From positions 1 through 14,317 of the IMG/VR virus record IMGVR_UViG_2648501130_000001: a stretch of 14,317 nucleotides of DNA, one strand, 5' to 3'. The position numbers and the translations under genes are program-made. Below the pieces are notes generated by a model. It was not told the DNA's origin, searched no databases, and worked only from the letters and a program-made list of their open reading frames with translations. The stretch comes from a virus (Duplodnaviria > Heunggongvirae > Uroviricota > Caudoviricetes). Below are positions 1-7,310 of the stretch, piece after piece. How positions within the stretch are numbered: position 1 is the first letter of the stretch; each line of letters starts with the position of its first letter.

Positions 1-444
1 GACAATATAAAACCTTATTCGTCCGAGAATTCTGGCGAATCCTCTGACCTGCCAGAAAACGACCTTCCTGTGGTGAAAGCGGATGCTGCGATTCAGAACG
101 GCAGCAAGTGGGGGACAGCAGAAGACCTGACCGCCGCAGAGTGGATGTTTGACATGGTGAAGACCATCGCGCCATCAGCCAGAAAACCGAATTTTGCAGG
201 GTGGGCTAACGATATCCGTCTGATGCGTGAACGTGATGGACGTAACCACCGCGACATGTGTGTACTGTTCCGCTGGGCCTGCCAGGACAACTTCTGGTCC
301 GGTAACGTGCTGAGTCCGGCCAAACTCCGCGACAAGTGGACCCAGCTCGAAATCAACCGAAACAAGCAACAGGCTGGCGTGACAGCCGGCAAACCAAAAC
401 TCGACCTGACGAACACTGACTGGATTTACGGGGTGGATTTATGA
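1..444 (+). CDS. O: Replication initiator protein O, C-terminal portion (5' end lies upstream of the window)
   Basis: Frame 1 is open from base 1 to the stop at 442-444. Translation (DNIKPYSSENSGESSDLPENDLPVVKADAAIQNGSKWGTAEDLTAAEWMFDMVKTIAPSARKPNFAGWANDIRLMRERDGRNHRDMCVLFRWACQ...DWIYGVDL) matches my recollection of the lambda O C-terminal (P-interacting) domain almost residue for residue. Stop overlaps the P start (ATGA). Confidence 0.9.
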   Translation, partial: DNIKPYSSENSGESSDLPENDLPVVKADAAIQNGSKWGTAEDLTAAEWMFDMVKTIAPSARKPNFAGWANDIRLMRERDGRNHRDMCVLFRWACQDNFWSGNVLSPAKLRDKWTQLEINRNKQQAGVTAGKPKLDLTNTDWIYGVDL

Positions 445-1142
445 AAAACATCGCCGCACAGATGGTTAACTTTGACCGTGAGCAGATGTGCCGGATCGCC
501 AATAACATGCCGGAACAGTACGACGAAAAGCCGCAGGTACAGCAGGTAGCGCAGATAATCAACGGTGTATTCAGCCAGTTACTGGCAACTTTCCCAGCGA
601 GCCTGGCTAACCGGGACCAGAACGAACTGAACGAAATCCGCCGCCAGTGGGTGCTGGCTTTTCGGGAAAACGGGATCACCACAATGGAACAGGTTAACGC
701 TGGAATGCGCGTAGCCCGTCGGCAGAATCGACCATTCCTGCCATCACCCGGGCAGTTTGTTGCATGGTGCCGGGAAGAAGCATCCGTTATCGCCGGACTG
801 CCAAACGTCAGCGAGCTGGTTGATATGGTTTACGAGTATTGCCGGAAGCGAGGCCTGTATCCGGATGCGGAGTCTTATCCGTGGAAATCAAACGCGCACT
901 ACTGGCTGGTTACCAACCTGTATCAGAACATGCGGGCCAATGCGCTTACTGATGCGGAATTACGCCGTAAGGCCGCAGATGAGCTTGTCCATATGACTGC
1001 GAGAATTAACCGTGGTGAGGCGATCCCTGAACCAGTAAAACAACTTCCTGTCATGGGCGGTAGACCTCTAAATCGTGCACAGGCTCTGGCGAAGATTGCA
1101 GAAATCAAAGCTAAGTTCGGACTGAAAGGAGCCAGTGTATGA
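441..1142 (+). CDS. P: Replication protein P (DnaB helicase loader)
   Basis: 233-aa ORF MKNIAAQMVNFDREQM...KAKFGLKGASV, essentially identical in length and sequence to lambda P as I recall it. ATG overlaps the O stop; its own stop overlaps the ren start. Confidence 0.92.
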   Translation: MKNIAAQMVNFDREQMCRIANNMPEQYDEKPQVQQVAQIINGVFSQLLATFPASLANRDQNELNEIRRQWVLAFRENGITTMEQVNAGMRVARRQNRPFLPSPGQFVAWCREEASVIAGLPNVSELVDMVYEYCRKRGLYPDAESYPWKSNAHYWLVTNLYQNMRANALTDAELRRKAADELVHMTARINRGEAIPEPVKQLPVMGGRPLNRAQALAKIAEIKAKFGLKGASV

Positions 1143-1432
1143 CGGGAAAAGAAGCAATTATTCATTACCTGGGGACGCATAAGAGCTTCTGTGCGCAGGA
1201 CGTTGCTGCGGTAACAGGCGCAACAGTAACCAGCATAAACCAGGCTGCGGCTAAAATGGCGCGGACAGGAATCTTAGTTATTGATGGTAAGGTCTGGCGA
1301 ACGGTGTATTACCGGTTCGCTACCAGGGAAGAACGGGAAGGAAAGGTGAGCACGAATCTGATTTTCAAGGAGTGTCGCCAGAGTGCCGCGATGAAGCGGG
1401 TGTTGGCATTTTATCGCGGCAATTTTCAATAG
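1139..1432 (+). CDS. ren: Ren protein (lambda ren-like)
   Basis: 97-aa ORF MTGKEAIIHYLGTHKSFCAQDVAAVTGATVTSINQAAAKMAR... matches remembered lambda Ren (96 aa) in size, sequence and position directly after P. Confidence 0.85.
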   Translation: MTGKEAIIHYLGTHKSFCAQDVAAVTGATVTSINQAAAKMARTGILVIDGKVWRTVYYRFATREEREGKVSTNLIFKECRQSAAMKRVLAFYRGNFQ

Positions 1433-1468
1433 ACTATGTACATAAAAATATCATTTTTTAATACATGT

Positions 1469-1675
1469 CTAATTATTGGACGAAATTGGTTTTTGCTTTG
1501 GTTTAGTTAGCCTAGCAATCAAGCCAGAGGCAATAATGATGATCCAAGCAATTTGATGCAATGCTACTCCAATATAAGAACCTTTATAGATAATAAAGGC
1601 ATAGATCGCTAGAAACGAAATAAATATCCATAACGAAAGTTGATAAATTTTGGCGCGCATATTTAATCCAATCAA
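1469..1675 (-). CDS. Small hydrophobic membrane protein (two predicted TM helices), function unknown
   Basis: 68-aa ORF on the minus strand in an AT-rich segment, with two long hydrophobic stretches (LSLWIFISFLAIYAFIIY and IAWIIIIASGLIA) and a basic C-terminus. No recognised family, so coding status is uncertain. Confidence 0.4.
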   Translation of the reverse strand: MIGLNMRAKIYQLSLWIFISFLAIYAFIIYKGSYIGVALHQIAWIIIIASGLIARLTKPKQKPISSNN

Positions 1676-1916
1676 TCAGAAAGACGAGTAATCATAGAGG
1701 TACTATCACCCGGGTAACTATTGCTATTATGAACGGATAGGATAGAGGCTTCAATAACATATGCATCAAGTATGATGGAATATGTAGATGAAAATGACTT
1801 GTGTCAAATTTGTGGAAATGAGTACCATGTTTCTCTGAAATTGATGTCGTTAATGGCTAGTGATAGTGAACTTTTTTACTTTATAATTCCTTTGGTTATA
1901 ACAATAAGGTAAATTT

Positions 1917-2477
1917 ATGAAGAAGATAATATTATTAGCCATGATTATTGGTTCTTTAACAGGTTGCGCTAGTGTGCCACCATTGAATTTTTCAACACCT
2001 AACGTGGGAGTTAGCCAGAAAAAAATAGATGCTGAAATTAAGTCATTAACGGTATCACTTGCTCGTCCAGATGAGCAGAAAGGGGATATCACTGCTGGTA
2101 TGGAGGCTATAACTCCAATTTGGCGTGAATCTTTGCAGGAAGCACTCGACCGAATGACTATTTTTCGTGATAGTTCACCAAATACGGTTAGCTTAAATGT
2201 TAAAGTGTTGGCTCTTGACGTTCCTGCTTTTGGTGTTTCAATGACAACTAAAGCAATTGCAAGGTATGAAATAATCAACCGTGCGAATGGTGATATTATA
2301 TATACGCAGGATATTGAGTCTACCGGTACTGTTCCAGCCAGTTACGCATTCTACGGTATTGTTCGAGCACGCGAATCTGTTAATCGCGCGGTGCAAAACA
2401 ACATAACGCAGTTCTTGCAAGCATTAGAAAGTGTTGATCTTTCTCGTCCAATGTTTCCTGTTAGGGTAGCTAAATGA
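1917..2477 (+). CDS. Lipoprotein of unknown function (cargo gene)
   Basis: 186-aa ORF with a classic signal peptide and lipobox (MKKIILLAMIIGSLTG-C at Cys17). AAGG Shine-Dalgarno about 8 nt upstream. Stop overlaps the next ORF start (ATGA), suggesting an operon. AT-rich, unlike the flanking lambda DNA. Confidence 0.6.
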   Translation: MKKIILLAMIIGSLTGCASVPPLNFSTPNVGVSQKKIDAEIKSLTVSLARPDEQKGDITAGMEAITPIWRESLQEALDRMTIFRDSSPNTVSLNVKVLALDVPAFGVSMTTKAIARYEIINRANGDIIYTQDIESTGTVPASYAFYGIVRARESVNRAVQNNITQFLQALESVDLSRPMFPVRVAK

Positions 2478-2926
2478 AGCGATTATTCGTAATTGCTCCA
2501 CTCTTAGTGTTGGTTGGATGCGCACAAAATATATCGCCAAATAGTTATTCTGTTGGCTCTGTGGGCATGGTTAATCGAACTATCGCTGGTACAGTTATTA
2601 GTGCCAGGGGGGTTGATATCAGTGGGACTTCCGCGTTAGGCGGGACTGCTGGGGCTGCCGTGGGGGCAACCGCTGGTTCTGCGCTTGGTGGGGGAGTTCG
2701 TTCTAATATCGTTGGTGCCGTTGGTGGTGCAGTCATTGGTGGTATTGCCGGGGCAGCAATCGAATCTTCAGCAACAAAACAAACAGGCATGGAATATGTT
2801 GTCGAAACTGAGAATGGGAATTTAATGACCATTGTTCAAGGCAAAGATCCGTTATTTACTCAAGGAAGTAAGGTCCTTGTTTTATACGGAAACCCTTCTC
2901 GCATAATAACAGACCCGCGTCACTAA
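2474..2926 (+). CDS. Glycine-zipper lipoprotein (SlyB/YMGG-like outer-membrane lipoprotein family)
   Basis: 150-aa ORF with signal peptide and lipobox (LLVLVG-C at Cys16) followed by a long Gly/Ala-rich GxxxG-type stretch (GGTAGAAVGATAGSALGGGV...GAVGGAVIGGIAGAAIE) typical of glycine-zipper lipoproteins. Translationally coupled to the upstream lipoprotein. Confidence 0.65.
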   Translation: MKRLFVIAPLLVLVGCAQNISPNSYSVGSVGMVNRTIAGTVISARGVDISGTSALGGTAGAAVGATAGSALGGGVRSNIVGAVGGAVIGGIAGAAIESSATKQTGMEYVVETENGNLMTIVQGKDPLFTQGSKVLVLYGNPSRIITDPRH

Positions 2927-2966
2927 CATACCTTTTGATTTTGTAAAATCAATTCGTAATAATAAA

Positions 2967-2995
2967 GTCATCGGAGCTTGAACAACTCCGGTGAC
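2967..2995 (+). terminator. Stem-loop downstream of the lipoprotein operon (possible weak terminator)
   Basis: gtcatcggag (2967-2976) pairs with ctccggtgac (2986-2995) as a 10-bp stem with one G-U pair and a 9-nt loop. The following T tract is short (tt), so terminator activity is uncertain. Confidence 0.25.
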
Positions 2996-3116
2996 TTCTG
3001 CGCTAAACGGGGACGTTTATGCGCACATACAATCCAAACTCTCTTCTCCCTTCACAGATGCAGAAATGCACCTGCGATTTTTTGCATCCTGCGTTTGACC
3101 TCTGCGGAGGTGAAGC

Positions 3117-3572
3117 GTGAACCTACCACAAGATGGCATCAAATTACATCGCGGCAACTTCACCGCTATCGGCCAGCAGATCCAGCCTTATCTGGAGGAC
3201 GGAAAATGCTTTCGCATGGTGCTTAAACCGTGGCGTGAGAAACGCAGTCTTTCCCAGAATGCACTCAGCCACATGTGGTACAGCGAAATCAGTGAATACC
3301 TTATCAGCAGGGGGAAATCGTTCGCTACCGCAGCATGGGTAAAAGAAGCTCTCAAACACACATACCTCGGTTATGAAACCAAAGAACTGGTTGATGTCGT
3401 AACCGGTGAAATCACCACTATCCAGTCGTTACGCCATACCTCCGATCTTGATGCCGGAGAGATGTATGTCTTCCTGTGTAAGGTTGAAGCCTGGGCGATG
3501 AATATTGGCTGCCACCTGACTATTCCGCAGAGCTGCGAGTTCCAGCTGCTGCGCGACAAGCAGGAGGCGTAA
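3117..3572 (+). CDS. ybcN: YbcN-family protein (DLP12-type nin-region protein, reported DNA base-flipping protein)
   Basis: 151-aa ORF with GTG start, [58 protein letters not shown]..., closely matching my recollection of E. coli DLP12 YbcN (151 aa). GGAGG Shine-Dalgarno immediately upstream. Confidence 0.85.
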   Translation: MNLPQDGIKLHRGNFTAIGQQIQPYLEDGKCFRMVLKPWREKRSLSQNALSHMWYSEISEYLISRGKSFATAAWVKEALKHTYLGYETKELVDVVTGEITTIQSLRHTSDLDAGEMYVFLCKVEAWAMNIGCHLTIPQSCEFQLLRDKQEA

Positions 3573-3742
3573 TGGCTACACCGCTTATTCGTGTCATGAA
3601 CGGACACATCTACAGAGTACCAAATCGTCGTAAGCGTAAACCTGAGCTGAAGCCATCCGAAATACCAACACTGCTCGGATATACCGCCAGCCTGGTTGAT
3701 AAAAAATGGTTGCGACTGGCAGCAAGGAGGAATCATGGCTGA
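3572..3742 (+). CDS. ninE: NinE-family small protein
   Basis: 56-aa ORF (below the ORF-track cutoff) found by manual translation: [59 protein letters not shown] overlaps the ybcN stop (TAATG); matches remembered NinE. Confidence 0.7.
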   Translation: MATPLIRVMNGHIYRVPNRRKRKPELKPSEIPTLLGYTASLVDKKWLRLAARRNHG

Positions 3743-4025
3743 TTTGAGAAAAGCAGCGCGTGGTCGGGAATGCCAGGTAAGAACCCCTGGCGTATGTAAT
3801 GGCAACCCTGAAACGTCTGTACTGGCACATATCCGGCTGACTGGATTGTGCGGCACCGGTACCAAACCGCCAGACCTGATTGCCACCATTGCATGTTCTG
3901 CCTGCCACGACGAAATCGACCGCCGCACACATTTTGTCGATGCCGCATATGCAAAAGAATGCGCGCTGGAAGGTATGGCGAGAACGCAGGTTATCTGGAT
4001 GAAAGAGGGGGTAATCAAGGCGTGA
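3735..4025 (+). CDS. ybcO: YbcO-family protein (DUF1364, Cys-rich putative metal-binding nuclease)
   Basis: The ORF track starts at 3696, but the internal ATG at 3735 gives a 96-aa protein ([64 protein letters not shown]...) matching remembered DLP12 YbcO. AAGGAGG Shine-Dalgarno at 3724-3730; start overlaps the ninE stop. Confidence 0.8.
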   Translation: MADLRKAARGRECQVRTPGVCNGNPETSVLAHIRLTGLCGTGTKPPDLIATIACSACHDEIDRRTHFVDAAYAKECALEGMARTQVIWMKEGVIKA

Positions 4026-4384
4026 ATACCTACAACATCACATTACCCTGGCCTCCGAGCAATAATCGCTATTACCGCCATAATCGCGGGCGCACGCACG
4101 TCAGCGCAGAGGGGCAGGCATACCGCGATAACGTCGCCCGAATCATTAAAAACGCAATGCTGGATATCGGCCTGGCTATGCCTGTGAAAATCCGCATTGA
4201 GTGCCACATGCCGGATCGCCGTCGCCGTGACCTGGATAATCTGCAAAAAGCCGCTTTTGACGCACTCACTAAAGCAGGTTTCTGGCTGGATGATGCTCAG
4301 GTCGTTGATTACCGCGTTGTGAAGATGCCTGTTACCAAAGGTGGGAGGCTGGAACTGACCATCACCGAAATGGGGAATGAATGA
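4022..4384 (+). CDS. rusA: Holliday junction resolvase RusA
   Basis: GTG start at 4022 overlapping the ybcO stop. 120-aa product [47 protein letters not shown]...[11 protein letters not shown] matches remembered E. coli RusA nearly residue for residue. The longer ORF-track version (from 3848) is an in-frame upstream extension. Confidence 0.9.
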   Translation: MNTYNITLPWPPSNNRYYRHNRGRTHVSAEGQAYRDNVARIIKNAMLDIGLAMPVKIRIECHMPDRRRRDLDNLQKAAFDALTKAGFWLDDAQVVDYRVVKMPVTKGGRLELTITEMGNE

Positions 4385-4521
4385 TGTTTGAGTTTTATAT
4401 GGCAGAACTTCTTCGCCACCGCTGGGGGCATCTGCGCTTATATCGTTTCCCCGGTTCTGTTTTGACCGATTACCGAATACTGAAGAATTACGCCAAAACC
4501 CTGACAGGAGCAGGAGTATGA
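4381..4521 (+). CDS. ylcG: YlcG-family small protein
   Basis: 46-aa ORF found manually ([46 protein letters not shown]), start overlapping the rusA stop. Matches remembered DLP12 YlcG in sequence and position. Confidence 0.55.
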   Translation: MMFEFYMAELLRHRWGHLRLYRFPGSVLTDYRILKNYAKTLTGAGV

Positions 4522-4534
4522 AGTCAGAGATAAC

Positions 4535-4563
4535 AATCAACTAATACTGTTTTGTTGATTTTT
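4535..4563 (+). terminator. Weak AT-rich hairpin upstream of Q (possible tR-type terminator)
   Basis: aatcaac (4535-4541) pairs with gttgatt (4554-4560) as a 7-bp stem with a 12-nt loop, followed by ttt. Lambdoid phages carry terminators upstream of Q that N-type antitermination reads through. The stem is weak. Confidence 0.25.
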
Positions 4564-4606
4564 GCTTGTGATTGGCGTTCTGGTCTGATTTTTGTGGAGT
4601 AAGTTG

Positions 4607-4984
4607 ATGCGTGATATTCAGATGGTTCTTGAGCGTTGGGGAGCGTGGGCGGCTAATAATCATGAAGATGTGACTTGGTCGTCCATTGCCGCCGGTTTTA
4701 AGGGATTAATTCCTTCAAAAGTAAAATCTCGCCCGCAATGTTGTGACGATGATGCGATGATCATTTGCGGGTGCATGGCCCGTCTGAAAAAGAACAACAG
4801 CGATTTGCATGATTTATTGGTGGACTATTATGTCGGCGGCATGACTTTTATGGCGCTTGCACGTAAGCATGGGCGATCTGATTGTTGGGTTGGCAGGATG
4901 CTTCAGAAAGCTGAGGGCGTAGTGGAGGGTATGCTGATGGTGTTGGATCTCCGATTGGAGATGGATGCTGATTGTTCGAAATAA
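4607..4984 (+). CDS. quuD: Late-gene antiterminator Q (short QuuD-type Q family)
   Basis: The ORF track uses a TTG at 4592; the ATG at 4607 gives [76 protein letters not shown]..., matching my recollection of DLP12 QuuD (about 127 aa). It sits in the canonical Q position after the nin region and before a strong terminator. Confidence 0.8.
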   Translation: MRDIQMVLERWGAWAANNHEDVTWSSIAAGFKGLIPSKVKSRPQCCDDDAMIICGCMARLKKNNSDLHDLLVDYYVGGMTFMALARKHGRSDCWVGRMLQKAEGVVEGMLMVLDLRLEMDADCSK

Positions 4985-5082
4985 TTAAAGGAAAAGTTGC
5001 TGTCTGATTGTCATTAGTCTAACATTTTAAATGTTGGAATCACAACGTAGTTATTATCATATAACAGCTTGTTTCCTGATTT
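4985..5082 (+). promoter_or_regulatory. Putative late promoter (pR'-like) and Q-utilisation region
   Basis: Positional inference only: in lambdoid phages pR' and qut lie directly downstream of Q and upstream of tR'. The AT-rich segment contains -10-like hexamers (tattat/tatcat at 5052-5060) and -35-like ttggaa (5034-5039), but spacing is not canonical and I cannot place the start site. Confidence 0.3.
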
Positions 5083-5111
5083 AGCCAGCCTCCCCAAAGG
5101 CTGGTTTTTTT
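5083..5111 (+). terminator. Rho-independent terminator (tR'-like) downstream of Q
   Basis: GC-rich hairpin: agccagcc (5083-5090), 8-nt loop tccccaaa, ggctggtt (5099-5106; last two pairs G-U/A-U), running into a 7-T tract (5105-5111). Classic intrinsic terminator geometry on the + strand. Confidence 0.65.
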
Positions 5112-5139
5112 CTAATAAGTATTATTTCGGGTAGGGATT

Positions 5140-5664
5140 TTATTGTTTAACCCATAATAATTCATTGACATTGAATCCCAACTTTTGAGCGGTTCGCACA
5201 TAGTCTGCTTTTACTTTATCTGGAATAGTTGGGGTCCTTGCCAGAATCCATAGGTATTCTCTGTTCGGACCACTGACAAGAGCATACTTATACTCATCAT
5301 CCAGTTTGATTACATTATAGCCACCATAGAAGGGGCCAAAAAACGAAACCTTCAATGCTGCAGTTTTAGTATCTCCAGTAAAGTATGCTTTACCTTCGCT
5401 CTCGCTCCATTTATTTTTCGTTGGATCGTATCCACGGTTAAGTACACGAATCCCTCCGTCGTTCCGTTTTCCATAAGTAGCGCTGACCTGTTCCAGACCA
5501 CGTTCGAACCGGTTCTCGAGGCGAGCTATTTCATACCATTTTCCGAGGTAGCGGTTGGCGTCAAAATTTGTAATCGGCTGCACACCTTTAGGTGGTGTCG
5601 GGGCCTTACATGCTATAAGAGTGAAAGAGAGTGCAATGCCAGTCAACACAGGCCATAACTTCAT
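5140..5664 (-). CDS. blc: Outer-membrane lipocalin (Blc family) lipoprotein
   Basis: 174-aa ORF with signal peptide and lipobox (TLIA-C at Cys19) and the lipocalin motif NFDANRYLGKWYEIARLENRFERGLE. Aligns along its length with remembered E. coli Blc but is clearly divergent, i.e. a paralogue rather than the chromosomal blc. Confidence 0.85.
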   Translation of the reverse strand: MKLWPVLTGIALSFTLIACKAPTPPKGVQPITNFDANRYLGKWYEIARLENRFERGLEQVSATYGKRNDGGIRVLNRGYDPTKNKWSESEGKAYFTGDTKTAALKVSFFGPFYGGYNVIKLDDEYKYALVSGPNREYLWILARTPTIPDKVKADYVRTAQKLGFNVNELLWVKQ

Positions 5665-5856
5665 AATAAATCCTGTACTTTTGATAGTTGAGAGTAAGTA
5701 TGAAAGATAGATGATTACGACCGATCACTTAAAGAACTTTCATACTATATTAGGAATAGTCCATAACAGAAAAATTGTCAGTGATGACGCCAGAAAGGCA
5801 ATTTATTCCGTGCACTACACAGTTTATGTGTTAATGAATTAGTCAAGGGGGAGAAT

Positions 5857-6816
5857 ATGATAAAAAAACCTGTGATTGGAATCAGCGGTTGTTTGGCCGG
5901 TTCTGCTGTTCGTTTTGATGGTGGTCACAAAAGAGCTGACTTTTTAATGGACAAATTAGTGGAATGGGTAACATTCAGACCAGTATGTCCGGAAATGGCT
6001 ATAGGGCTGCCAGTTCCGCGTCCTGCTCTACGTCTTGTGCGCTCGATGCAAGGAAATATACGGATGTGTTTCAGCCACGACCAGAATGAGGATGTGACAG
6101 AGAGAATGACAGAGTTTAGTCGTTCTTATATGGACAAATTAAAGGATGTATCGGGGTTTGTGGTTTGTGCTAAATCTCCCAGCTGTGGCATGGAGCGCGT
6201 GCGTGTCTATGATGAAAATGGTAATCGAGGTCGTAAAGATGGAGTGGGACTATTTACGAGCACTTTGATGGAAAAGTTTTCCTGGCTACCGGTTGAAGAG
6301 GATGGGCGATTACATGATCCAGTGCTTCGTGAGAATTTTGTTGAAAGAGTTTTTGCTTTGCATGAGCTCAATCACCTTTACAAGGAGAAATTATCAAGAA
6401 GAGAGTTATTAGCTTTTCATAGTCGTTATAAGCTTCAGTTGTTGGCGCATAGTCAGGCAGGCTATAAAGATATGGGACCATTTGTGGCTGCAATACACGA
6501 GTGGGCGGACCTTGAATCATACTTTGAGGTGTATCGTGATAAGCTGATGGCGATTCTCAGAAAACCTGCATCACGTAAAAATCACACGAATGTGCTGATG
6601 CATATACAGGGGTATTTTAGTAACTACTTAAGTACACGCCAGCGTAAAGAGTTGAGCGAGGTTATACTTAACTATCGTTCTGGCACATTACCTCTTCTTG
6701 CGCCGTTGACTCTGCTGAAGCATTATCTGGGTGAGTATCCTAATGATTACTTGCTTACACAAAATTACTTCGATCCCTATCCGGACGAACTGGCTCTAAG
6801 ACTGATGGTAAATTAA
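5857..6816 (+). CDS. DUF523/DUF1722 two-domain protein (YbgA-like; TudS-type Fe-S domain plus DUF1722)
   Basis: 319-aa ORF. N-terminus (KKPVIGISGCLAGSAVRFDGGHK...RPVCPEMAIGLPVPRP...CAKSPSCGMERV) has the conserved Cys pattern I associate with DUF523/TudS; the C-terminal half resembles the DUF1722 part of E. coli YbgA. GGGGAG Shine-Dalgarno upstream. Confidence 0.8.
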   Translation: MIKKPVIGISGCLAGSAVRFDGGHKRADFLMDKLVEWVTFRPVCPEMAIGLPVPRPALRLVRSMQGNIRMCFSHDQNEDVTERMTEFSRSYMDKLKDVSGFVVCAKSPSCGMERVRVYDENGNRGRKDGVGLFTSTLMEKFSWLPVEEDGRLHDPVLRENFVERVFALHELNHLYKEKLSRRELLAFHSRYKLQLLAHSQAGYKDMGPFVAAIHEWADLESYFEVYRDKLMAILRKPASRKNHTNVLMHIQGYFSNYLSTRQRKELSEVILNYRSGTLPLLAPLTLLKHYLGEYPNDYLLTQNYFDPYPDELALRLMVN

Positions 6817-7310
6817 TTGTATGCGATATCATCCAAAAGGATGAGTTCCTGCATGCAGGATATTTACAATCGTAAAAACTACACTATGATACCCAGAGTG
6901 TCAGTTTGTATAAAAACTCTGTTTACGCTGAAGAAACAATTGAGATGCAACTTAAAGTTGGTAAACATGCCAGTCAAAATATATGATATTATGATTCCAC
7001 GCAGCTATATATAATATAACAGATTGGTTTAATAATTTGTCTTTGTGAGTTAAATACATAATTTTATACTTGTGATGTAATGAAATTTTCCTTATTGTTG
7101 AACTGGCGAATATTGATTTTCCACCTACACTTACCTGGTGTAACCCCAATGATATCAGGTGGATAATATGCCATACATATGTTCTATCATTTTGGTGTTG
7201 AATTCGTTTGATGTCCGAATTGGTAAAGAAGATATTTTGTTTAAAAAAGGAAGTGCTGTTCTCATTGATTACAATTTAAAAGATTTTTTTCATCAAATAT
7301 AGATCATGTA

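Noticed and set aside
1-70. ori-lambda iterons within the O gene
   Set aside because: The window starts about halfway into O; I could not see the four 18-bp iterons, which should lie at or just upstream of the window edge, so no origin is annotated.
93-1180. Minus-strand ORFs (93-416, 175-369, 353-682, 923-1180) and the + strand ORF 757-996 overlapping O and P
   Set aside because: They lie antisense to, or out of frame within, the O and P genes, which are recognised with high confidence. No family features; they are typical shadow ORFs of GC-balanced coding DNA.
1850-2832. Minus-strand ORFs 1850-2278, 2238-2420 and 2545-2832 overlapping the lipoprotein operon
   Set aside because: Antisense to ORFs with clear signal peptides and lipoboxes. 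The 2545-2832 product is an Ala/Pro-rich mirror of the glycine-zipper codons, a known artefact.
2978-3359. ORFs 2978-3226 (+), 3133-3342 (+) and 3144-3359 (-) around the ybcN start
   Set aside because: They overlap ybcN in other frames and have no start context or family resemblance; the ybcN frame explains the region.
3371-4540. Long antisense ORFs (3371-4018, 3594-3932, 3733-3954, 4043-4540, 4072-4269) and the extended + strand ORFs 3696-4025 and 3848-4384
   Set aside because: The antisense ORFs overlap ybcN/ninE/ybcO/rusA, which match known proteins. The extended + ORFs are in-frame upstream extensions of ybcO and rusA; the internal starts have Shine-Dalgarno sequences and match the known protein N-termini.
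4592-4606. TTG start for Q proposed by the ORF track ([10 protein letters not shown]...)
   Set aside because: The ATG at 4607 gives an N-terminus ([12 protein letters not shown]...) matching the remembered QuuD-type Q protein; the upstream TTG adds five residues with no support.
6817-7149. 65-aa ORFs at 6817-7014 (+) and 6952-7149 (-) in the AT-rich spacer
   Set aside because: Low-complexity AT-rich sequence with no ribosome-binding site or family features; more likely regulatory or decayed DNA than genes.
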